Shown here piece by piece: positions 34,203-44,987 of a stretch of DNA of 64,000 nt; within the stretch, counting starts at the first letter, position 1, and every line of letters begins with the position of its first letter. Where the stretch lies: the NCBI GenBank assembly GCA_004431415.1, contig QPMI01000022.1:1-64000 (forward strand), read 5' to 3'. The DNA comes from Cyanophora paradoxa CCMP329 (taxonomy: Eukaryota; Plantae; Glaucophyta). Made by a program: the position numbers and the translations under genes. The notes under the pieces are model-generated. The model was not told the origin of the DNA. It ran no database searches and worked only from the letters and a program-made list of their open reading frames with translations.

Positions 34203-37200
34203 CTAGGCTGCGCTAGGCCAGATGTGCTTTCTTCTTCTTCGTGGGATGGGACGCGGCGCGGGGCACTGCGCGGCGCGCGCGCGAGCCCGCGGCTCGGCTC
34301 GGGCACAAAAAGGAGGGGGAGGGGGTCTACGGACGCACCGACGAAGGGCTGGATGTTGGGGCCGGGTACGGCTTTCGGGTCGTAGCTCGGGTTGACGGCG
34401 GGCGGCGCCGGCTTGACCTCGGTCCGGTACCTGCGCACCCCCCACTCGCAAATCGATCCGGCATTCGCAAATTGATCCGGGGCCGCACTCGAGGTTGGAC
34501 ACCGCCCAGCGGGCGTTGGCGAGCCGGTCCTGCTGCAGTAGGATGACCCGCAGCTGCGCGCGAAGCGAAGGGAGCCGCTGTGAGCGGCGGAGGCGGCGGT
34601 GGCGGAGCGCCGAGGGAAGGGGCGCCCGCTTCCCACCTGGCTCCGTATCTCTGAGTAGTCCGAGCGCTCGTGGAGGTTGAACCTGCGCGGGGGAGAAAAA
34701 AGCGCCTCGCGGGGGGTACGTCGGAAAGCACGCGGGGGGTACGCGCCTTCGCAGGAGGTCGTCCAGGTCGGCCATCTTCCCCAGGAGCGGGTCCTGTACC
34801 CCCCGACCATCAGAGATGAAAGCGAGGAGGGGGGGGGTACGGGAGCGCACGAAGGAGGCGTAGTACCCGTATGGGGGCTCCCCCTCCACCATCTCGAGAT
34901 GCTTCTTCACGCTGAAGCAGCGCTCGAGGTACCCCTGGAGGGGGGAAGAAAGAACGTCGGCGTCGGCCTCCTCATCTCTACGGCGGCCCAGTACGAGTCT
35001 AGTCTAGGCGGCTCAGCTAAGGGCGGCTCTAGACTAGTACTCTAGGAATGAGCGGCGGTCGGGCCCCCGCCAGCCGAATACGACTCTTTTTAAAGTAAGG
35101 AGCGGCTCTGGTCTAGTCTCTCGATTCGAAGGGCGGCTCTGGTCTAGAACTCTAGGGAGAATCCAAGGGCGAATCTCATGGCGGCTCTAGCCTAGTCTCC
35201 CGGCGGCCCCATAGCGAAGGGCGGTTCTACTCTAGTGTTATTCTAGGAAGGAGCGGCGCACCAAGGCAAAGGGCGGAGCTTAAGGGCGGCTCTAGTCTAG
35301 TCGAATCTAACGCCCTAACGCCCGCAAGGAAGGAGCAAACAAGCCTCGCTCCAGTCTAGTATTATTCTAGGAAGCTTTAAGGAGTGGGGCGCGCTCGCCT
35401 CGAGGGGCGCGCTCGCCTCGAGGGGCCCTCGCCTCGAGGGGAGCTCTACTATTAGGGGAGCTCTACTCTAGGGGGAGCTTTTATTCTAGGAGCTCTGCTC
35501 TAGTCTGGGAAGGAGCAAGCGCGCTCGCCTCGAGGGGCCCGCGCCAGTCGAAGACGACGGCGAGCAGCTCGCTCCAGAGCTCCGCGAAGAGCACCCCGGG
35601 CATCGCCTGCGGGGGGGGCGGGGGGGCAGAGGGGGCGGGGGCAGAGGGGGCGGAGACCGAGTCAGAGTCGGATTGGCGAGGGAGGCTCGCTTCGGGGCGG
35701 GGGCGGGGGCGGGGCTCGCTCGGTCAGATGGGAGGAGGGGCGAAGGGGCGCGAGATGGGAGCCAGCGCTCGAGGACTTGCTCGAGGAACTAGCCTCTAGC
35801 TCGGTTCTTCTGGGTTGGCGCAGCCCTCTAGAAAGTTTCTTCTAGTTCTAGTTTGCCTCTTTCTAGTTCCGGGGGCGCGGCGCGGCGCGCGCTCGGTCGC
35901 GAGTTCTCGAAGCTCGGTCCTCCATCTAGCTTCAAGCTCGGTCCCCTATCTAGGTTGGCGCGGTTTCCTGTTCGTTCTAGTTCGTTTGTTTCTAGTCCCC
36001 GGCGCGTCCCTCGGCCCGGGGGCGGGCGGGCGCACGGGGCAGTCGGCGTAGAGGCCGTAGTAGCGGAGGACGACGGCGAGGACCGTCTCCGGCGCCACGT
36101 CCGCGTCCCCCTTCAGCAGCGCGACCTGCGGGGGGGGGGGGGGGGGGGGGAGGAAGTTAGGGGAGGGGGTAGGGGAGGGGGGTAGGGGATAGGGGATGCC
36201 TGCTTGCGGCGGCGCGTGTTGCGCGCGTAGTTCTGCTGCCCCTTGAGCTCGTGCTGCGGGCGCGGGGTCAGGTCAGGCAGGTCCGGGTACGCGAGGGAGG
36301 GGGGGGGGGGGGGGGGGGAAGAGTGTTGGAGCGGGCGGCCCAACTTGAACTCTAAGAAGTTCTCGGCTCGGCACAGGGGGGCGCACCATCTTGAACTTGC
36401 CCCCGCCGCCGCCGCCGAGCATGGACTCCACCGGCAGGTTCGTGTTCACCTCCGTCACTGGGGCGCCTCTCCCTCAGCGAGGCGCGGGGGCGGGGCGGGG
36501 GCGGAGCTCAAGGCAACGGCTTTCTTTTGGCTTCACTGGGGGCGCCCCTTCCTCAGGGGGCGGAGCGAAGGCGGAGGGCGCGGCGCCGCTCGTCGCTCCA
36601 GAGGCTGAAACGAAGCCCCAAAGCAGCTAGCTTTCTAGCAGCCTTCTTCTAGTCGAGGCCGGGCGGGGGCGGGGGCCGGGCCGGGGGGCGGGGCGGGGGC
36701 GCACGGTCGATGAGGCGGACGGAGCGCGGGGCCATCGCGTTGGCCAGTAGCACGGCTGCCGGCGCGGGGCGGGGTGCGTCAGGGAGGAGGGCGGGGCGGG
36801 GCGAGCGGGCGGGGCGGATCTAGGCTAGAGAAGATAGATAGGATATGACTTCATCCATTTCGCCTAGATCGCTTGCTGGCACGGATTCCTGGGGATCAGC
36901 TGGAGGACGAAGAAGCGGGGCGTGGTTAGCTTAGGCGTGGTTCTATGTCAGCTTTGACATCCGTAGTGTGAAGGCCTCAAGAGCTCAGACGCAGTGAGGT
37001 GACCGGGACTGGAGATATCAGACGTAGTTTTGGAGATCTCAGACCTAGTTGTAGGTCCAGGGCAGGGCGGCCCGTGCAGGACTAAGGGGGGCGGACGGGG
37101 CGCACGGTCGTCGGCGAGGGAGCCCTGGCGCAGCGCGGCGTTCATGGGCGAGTGGTGCGCTGCCATCCGCTCCATGCACGCCCGCTCCCGCGCGCGCTGA

Positions 37201-38218
37201 AGGAAAGAGGAGTAGATAAGATAGGAGGCGGAGGCTGGGGCGGCGCCTCTCGATAGACGAGAGGGAGGAAAGGGGGATAGATAGATAAGGGGCGGGGATG
37301 GGGGCGGCGGTGCCTTGCCTTTCGCTGGAGCTCCTTCTTGCGGACGGAGAGGCCCTTCTGCATGCCGTCCGCCGCGAGGATCTTCTCCACCGTCTTCGCG
37401 CTCAGCATGCCTGCCGGAGTGGGATGAGGAGGAGGAGAAGGAGGGGCCGTGAGCGAGCGTCGCGGGCTCGCGCCTACTCTTCTGCTACTACTACTCTTCT
37501 ACTAGTAGAAGGAGCAGCGGCCGTAGCTACTCTCTCTCTACTCTACTCCTCTCTGCTCCACTCTTCTACTACTCCGCTCCTCTTCTCTCTCTCTCTCTTC
37601 TGCGCTACGCCACGCACCGAGCATCCCGATGCCGAGGGAGGCGACGAAGATGGCGAGGGCGCGGCCCCACGTCGACTTCGTCACCAGGTCGCCGTACCCT
37701 GGCGGGTGGGGGGGTTCAGAGAAGGGGGTAGCGGGGGAGGGAGGGGAGGGGAGGGGGGGGGGAGGGGGATGTCCGCCCGCACCGACGGTCGTGGCTGCGC
37801 GGCGCAGAACGACCCGTCAGATTCGGAGGGGGTGGGGGGGTAGGTGCGTGACTCACCGGTGACGAAGACGAACCAAAGGGCGCCCCAGACAGTCTCGAAC
37901 CCGGGGCTCGCGTACTGCTCGTGCGTCTTGATCGAGAGTGCCTGCGGGGCGGGAGAAAGGGGAGGGCTCAGGGCGGGCGGGGGCGACGGGGAGATAGGGC
38001 GGGGCGGGGTGCGCCGGGTACGCACCGCGAGGAGAACCAGGACGAACATAAAGACGGCAAGGGAAAGGCTGCGGGCTCAGAGTAAGAAGAAAGAAGGAGA
38101 AGGAGAACAAGAGGGGGGTACGGCGCACAAGGGGCGGTCGGCGACGACGAGGGCGACGCGGCGGTTGCGGGAGACGCGGTAGTACATCCGCATGACGCGC
38201 GTCACCTGAGGGGAGGTT

Positions 38219-38250
<32 letters not shown>

Positions 38251-41200
38251 ACGCGCGCGCCTTGAGGGTGCGGAGGACGACGAGGAGGGAGACGAGGCCC
38301 GGTACCCCCTGGTAGGAGCCCGAGAAGACCACAGTGACGCCGGGGAGGTCCGTGATCACTGGAGGGGGTTGAGGAAGGTCGGAAGGAGTACAAGGATAGG
38401 GGCTCTTAGGAGGTGCGGGGCGGGGGGAAAGAAAGAAAGGGGGTACGCACGCGCGGGGAACTCAAACCAGTTCCGCTCAGCGAAGTGCAGGACGGAGGGC
38501 TGCCGGCCCCGGTCCCGGTACACGATTCTGGGAGAAGATGAGGGAGGGGGGAAGAAGGCGGAGGGGGATACGCCAACGAACCGGGCGGTAAGGTCGAGCC
38601 CGATGAAAGTGGAGACGAAGAGGTCCGTCCAGAGCAGCGCGTGCCGCTCCTTGATCTGCGGCGCCACCGGATGACAAGGGATGAGACTCGCGAAGCGCAC
38701 AATGTAAAAATTGCTTATTTATGAATGGACTGGGTCTCTAGAGTTACGGACCTGCTGGGCGTAGGGGAGCCAGGGGGCGATGGCGAGCAGGACGCTGCCG
38801 GGCGGGGCGGGGCGGGTGTCAGGCCTGCAGGGCCCGGGCTCGGGGGGCGGGGAGGTGCGGGGCGGGGCGGCCGCTCGCCTGAAGCATATGACGAGGAGGA
38901 TGAAAGCTTCGAAGACGCCCCGCAGCACCCGCTGCGCGATGTCAGGGAAGGGCGCTTCGGATTTGATCGCTGATTCGATCCGGTCCTAGGGGAGGGAAGG
39001 GCGCGCCACGACGAGCTGGCGGATGTCGGGCTTGGGGAGCGTCGCGTCGTCCTCCGCGTTCGCCAGCGCCTGTGAACGAAGTGTCGGATGCGAAGAAGGC
39101 GGGAGGGGAGGGGGGTACGGGGACGGACCAGGGAGGCGGCGGCGGCGGGGCCTAGGTAGCGCTTGATCTCGGCGTTCCCGCGGAAGCGGAAGATGTGCGG
39201 CACGTGGAGCCTGCGCCGAAAGCCGTCAAGAAGGAGGGGGGGAGGGGGAAAGGGGGTACGGACCTGTGGCCCTGGCGGTCCCGAGCGGCGAGCTGGCGGC
39301 GCCGGCGGATGGCCCGGATGCGAAAGGCCGCCACGCCCGAGGCCGTCAGGAGGGCCACGAGGGACCCGTACACGGAGTCTGCGAACGAAGTGATTGATTC
39401 AGCTTTGAAGCTCGAAGAGGGGGGGGGTACGGCGCACAGAGGGCGGCGTAGTCGGAGGGGCAGGCGTTCAGGGTCCCCGACGTCACGCAGGGGCCCGAGG
39501 CGACCACCAGGTCGGCCTGCCGGGTACGCAGTCATTTGAGAGGTCGGAGCGGGCCAGGAGGGGTACAGGGGCGCGCCTCGTCGGCGATGCCGTCGTTGTC
39601 CGAGTCACGGGTGAAGGCTCCCAGGAGGGGGAACCGGTCCTCCACGTCTGGAGGGCGGGGTACCATCGCAAGGGGCATACATGTTGGAGGGGGTACGCGC
39701 ACCGAGGAGGCCATCCCCGTCCTTGTCCAGGGCCAGGCGGTGGAGGCTGGCGCCTCCTCCGGGCTGCAGAGAGACGCGGCTAAGAATAGCGAAGGAAGGA
39801 AAGGGGGGGGGAAGGGGGGGGACGAAGGCACCAGGGGGGAGGCCCACGCGAGGAGAGTACGGTCCAGCGAGACGGCGAGCACCGAGCCCGGCTCGAAGTC
39901 CAGAGCGGCGCAGAGGAGGGGCGGCTCGCCCCGGGGTACGCTCGACGGGTCCAGGAGCCGGAGCGTCGAGGCGCCCGCCGCCGGGGCCTGCGCAGGGGGT
40001 ACGTACGCGTTGGCGCCTGTCGCACGGCTAGCGGGAAGGGGGATACGCGCCTCGGTGTAGAGGAAGCGGCCGGCGCTGGCGGCCTGGAGGGCGAGGGGGT
40101 GCGCGGATTTGGTAAGCGGGAGGTCCCGCCAGGAGGCGGCGGCCAGGGAGTAGGCGCGGAGCATCCAGGAGGAGCGGTCGGCGGTGGAGAGCTGGGCGAC
40201 GAGTGTACCCCCCGAGAGCGCGAAGTTCTCGAGGCGAACGAAGGGGCCGGAGGCGTAGGCGGCGGGGGGGAAGGAGCGCGGGGCGCGCTCGGGCAGGGAG
40301 AGGAGGGCGAGGGTGACGCCGAGGCCGCCCGAGGGCTCGGAGAGGGCGAGGCTGGAGGGGTCCAGGGACACGCGGGCGGAGACCTCGGCCCAGGCCAGCG
40401 CGCACGCGCCTGCCGCCCCGCCCGTCGGTCCCGGCCGGCTCAGGGGCACAGAGGCGGGGGGTACAAGCGCACCAAAGCCGTCCGGCGCTCTGTCCATGAC
40501 CTGCGGGGGTAGGGAATCGCCTCGGTAAGGGCGAAATGGGGGGGGGAGGGGGGGGGGTAGGGGCGCACCGGGTGGAAGAAGCTGGCGATGCGCGTGGGGG
40601 GGTGTACGGGCGTGGCGAGCTCGGAGCTGCCTGTACCCCTGTGGAAGAAGTGGACGGCGGATGTACCCCGCGCGGGGTCGAACTGCGAATAGGCAATGTA
40701 GGGCCCGCAGGCGCTGGGCTCCAGGCGGGATGCCCCCGGCGGCAGGGGCCGCAAGCTCAGCTGCCCGGGGTACGCGTCACAAAAAGGAATAAAGGAGAAT
40801 GGGGATAGAGGCGCACCGGGGCTACGATGCCGAGCGCCCTGTCGAAGTACGTGACGTCGGTCCCGTTCCCGCGGCGCTCGGTCCAAACGACGGCGTCCCC
40901 GTGGGCCGAGAGGTGCCTGGGGCGGCTCAGAAGAGGAAAGAAAGAAGAAAGGAGAAGGAAGAGAAGGGAAGGAAGGACCGAGGCTCGGACGAGTCGAGGC
41001 GCAGGAGGCGCCTGCGCTCGGGAAAGGACTGCTGGTAGACCTTGTCCAGGCGCGCAGGCGGCGCGAAGTCGAAGCCGAAGGGATCTGCGGCGCGAAGAAG
41101 CGGCGAGCAGCGCCGAGCAGCGCTTAGTCTGAGCCCCGCGCGGCGCGGCGCGGTGCTCGGGGCCTGGGGCAGCACCGTCCTTGGGGAGCTGGGCGAGGAT

Positions 41201-41779
41201 CTCCGCGTAGGGCTGGAACACGGCGCCGAAGCTGCGCGCAGGCAGGGCGGGACGGGGCGTGGCGGGGCGGTCGGCACGCGGGCAGAGATTCGAGCTTGCA
41301 GCGGGGAGCGGTGCCCACCCTTCCGAGTGCAGAGCGAAGACCTTGGTGCCCTGCGTGGGGTCCGCGTCGATGTAGAAGACGGTGTCGTTGTCCAGGAAGA
41401 GCTGGCGGCCTGCAGGGGCGCTTAGGAGGAGCGCGCCCCGATCCGAGAGGGGGATGCCCGCCGCATGCGCACCGAGCTGGAAGGGCTGGCGCGCGAGCGC
41501 CATGCTCGGCCGCCAGAGAGTGCTGTTCCACGCAGCTGCCGGGTAGGCGCCCCGGGTGTCCTCGCCGATCCAGTCCAGGTTCACATCGTTGAGGAAGTTG
41601 CACCGGCGCAGGCCCTGCCGCGCGCTGGCCGCATCGGTCACCGAGCAGGCCGCCTCTTGCGTGCCCCAGCAGCCGCTGGCTGCGTTGTGCTGTGCAGAGG
41701 CGCTAGCTAATAGCAACAGAGCTGCTAAGGCCGCCAGCGCGCGGGCTGGCTGCCCGGAAAGGTGCCTCCGCAACTGCAT
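34203..41779 (-). CDS. Voltage-gated K+ channel (6TM) fused to a large extracellular domain; many exons; 3' end approximate
   Basis: Manual splicing gives a signal peptide, VVWTERRGNGTDVTYFD, DKDGDGLLDVEDRFP...DSDNDGIADEAD, TM + RIRAIRRRR, then S1-S6 with S4 LRTLKVTRVMRMYYR and pore WFVFVTATTVGYGDLVTKSTWGR. Confidence 0.85.
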
Positions 41780-41993
41780 CACGCTTGCGGTCACACTGCC
41801 ATCGGATCGGCCCTTTCAGCTGAGCTGATGCGGCTTAAAGAATCCGCACACGCCGAGGCCGCCTGGCGGCTCTTGACAAAGCTGTCCGACTCACAGTCCG
41901 AGCTCTTGTGGGGTACAGTGACGAGCGAGACCTCAAACGAACGTGCAGCTCCCGCCGCTGCTGGCTGACACAGACCGAGAGTCCGGGGCTGCA

Positions 41994-43877
41994 ATGAGCG
42001 AGCCTGCGGTGCGACCTCCTGGTCCTTGCCCGTGCTTCCCACACCGACGGATCTTGCCGACAGGGTGATAACGAAAGCGTGCTGCGGAGTGGCCGACTTC
42101 TTCGACTCAATGAGGACCCGCAGCAGGAAGCCGCAGCCGACCGATCTCCGCGGCCGGCGAAGCGTCCGCGCCGCATCCAGACGGGACCGCACCTTGAAGC
42201 AAGCGAGGGTGCCGACGGCAACGCATACGTGATCAACAGCCTCCCAGACGAAATCCTGGAGCTGATCTTCCGTTTCGTCAACGAGCCGATCCTGAGCTGC
42301 AGCTCGCTGCAGTCGGGCGCGGCGCTCACCTGCCTCGACGTTTGCCGCAAGTGGCGCCGCGTGAACCAAAAAGTCTTTGAGCTGTGCGTTTCAGCTGATG
42401 GCGCGACTTGAACCCGCCGCCACAGCCCGCGTTCGTCTGACACGCGGCCGCCGGCGCAGGATTGACGTGGCGTGGCGCTCCGATGGATTTTCCACCGGCC
42501 GCGGCCGGTACAGTGTAGACCCGCTCTACCCGCCTCGCCCTGTCGTGGGAGCAGACGGTCACGCGCGCTCGCATCCTGCAGGAACGTCCGGCACGGCTTC
42601 GCCAGCAAAAAAGCCTTTAAGGCCTTTAAGGGCGAGGCATTCATCAGCCTAGAATGCCTGCACCCGGCTTTCAATGGCACGCACGCGGAGTGGGTCGGCT
42701 TTGTTCGGCACCACGAGCGCCGCATCGCGTCGGCCCTCGTGCCGGGAGCTGCCGCCGCCCGCCTCGAACAGCTCACCCGCGGCCCACTCCACACGCTCCA
42801 CCTCACCGTATACTGCGCCGAGCTCGACGCGTTGCCGGACTTCGTCGACGCGCACCTCCCGCGGGACTGGAGCCCTCGCGTCCTCTCCCTGCACCTCCCG
42901 CTCGTCCGCGACCCCTCGCCGGCAGTGTTGAAGCTGGGCCCGGCCCTCCTCGGGCGCGCCCCGGGCCTCGAGGTGCTTCGCCTCGCCTACGGCCCCGGCA
43001 TCCCGCTACCCGTCGCCATCCACGCCGTGCGCGCGGCTCCTTTCGCGTACCCCGCCGCTCCGATTTGATCCGCCCCGCGGTCGCAGCTGCCGGCGGCAGA
43101 GAAGCTACACACCCTCGGGGCGCGCCTCATTTTCCCACAGGACACGCCTGGCGCGGCGTCGCTCGGGCGGTTCCCCTCGCTCCGCGCCGTCGAGCACGTC
43201 GACCTGGGCCCCCTCGAGGGCTGCGAGGAGAGGCTCGTCCTGGCGACCCTCGAGGCCCTCGCGGCCCGCCCCGTCCTCTGCCGCAGCCTCGCCCTCCCCT
43301 CCTTGGCCCCCGACTGCGAGCGGCTCCGCGCCGCCCTCGGCGCCGTCTTCCGGCCGGGGGCCCTCCCCGGCGGCCCCGCCGGCACCCGCCTTCTCCTCAG
43401 GCTCTCCAGCCTGTCCGACTTCGGCGGCTCGCCCCTCCTGAGCTCGGTCCTGCGCGGCGATGAACAGTGCGTGTACCCCGCCCGTAAAGCGAGGGCCTGC
43501 GTGTGCTGACCACGGGGAGCGCCTGCGCGCGAAGGCTTCTCATCGCGTCGCGCCCGCCGCCACCTGCCAGCGGCGACCGCTTCTCGCAGCTGGCGCTGGA
43601 GGCGCCCCGCGCGACGCTCGCCGACGCCTTTGCCCTCCTTCGTGCGCCCCCGCCTGGCCCTAGGCCCGAGCCCGAGCCCTAGGCCTGAGCCCGCCCGCCC
43701 CGTTCGACTCGCGGCGTCCCGCAGAGGGCACGGCCTCGTCGCTCAGGCGCCTGGCTCTGTACGAGGTACCTTTCGTGGAACACGGTGGTACCCCCGAGCA
43801 AGGTGCCACGCATCTTACCCCCCCCCCTCCCCCTCGAAACCCCCTCTCGCCTCCCCATCATTCGCCCCCAATACACC

Positions 43878-43909
<32 letters not shown>

Positions 43910-44358
43910 AGCATCCCATCGATTGCCCCGCAGCCTGCGCGGTGGTGGAAGAGTTCCTGGGGGTACTGCGATCGCTCCCGAAGCTGCAGGAGCTGGAGCT
44001 CGCCTTGGGGTACTCTTCCGAGGGGTCCTATGTGCGGGCGCGCTGGCCCGTGCCCGCCCTCCTGCCCCTCCTGCGCGGCGTGGCGGGCGACGCGCGCCTC
44101 CTGCGCGCCGCGCGCTTCCGGAAGATCAACGTAACGGCCCTTTCCCCTTGCGCGGGCTCAGACTCGGACGCGAAGGACGCGTGGCGGCAGCTGAATGCCC
44201 TCCTCGTCACCGTCCTGCGGGCCGAGGCGGCCGCGGCGGAGGCGGCGGCGGAGGCGGCGGCAGCAGAAGCGGTGGCGCCCGGCTCCGGCGGAGGGCCGCC
44301 GCTCGCGCTGTCCGGACCCGTACCCGCAGCCGCTCCAGCGGCTGGGCCTTCGTGTTAG
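41994..44358 (+). CDS. F-box protein with LRR/RNI-like C-terminal region, multi-exon
   Basis: INSLPDEILELIF...VCRKWRRV F-box; LxxLxL repeats (LHTLHL, LEVLRL, LQELEL). Confidence 0.8.
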
Positions 44359-44987
44359 GCGCCTGGCGGCACAGCCGCGGGCGGAGGGCCTCAGGGCCTA
44401 GATCCAGCCCCCGCATGCCTGTAGGCTAGCGCTTTTTTATCCCCTGCATTCTCACCGGGCGCGGCCCTACACAGATATTAAAATAATGTCTATACTGTAT
44501 CTGTTGTGCTTTCTTCTAGATTTGTATGTAGCCTAGTAGCCTAGGCGGCCCAGCACAATAGCTTGAGCCCTTCATTTCTGGAATCATCGGATCCTCGAGC
44601 TCAAGCTCATTTCGGGGCTCCAATTTCCTCCGTGTAAGATATTTTTACGACACTCTGTACTCTGTTCCTTGTTCCGAAGTTCTGGTTTAAGCTTTAAATT
44701 TGGGCACATTCATTCACCCATGCATATGGCCACCAGCGAAAGCGAAAGCGAAAGCACGTACGATCGTACGCGCCCGTGTGAATTTCGTTTCAAGTTTTAT
44801 TTCCGAATTCGAATTCGCCGATTAAATATTCGCGCGCCAGCGCATCCACGTATCGCAGTGTATAATCGCACCGATTCGCATGTTTATATTAATCGCGCGC
44901 CAGCAACGGGGCCCCGCCGCCCCGGGCCCGGGGCCGGGGCGCGCAGCCAGGCTCGCGATCGGGGCCCGGCCCGGCGCGGCTGATCCG

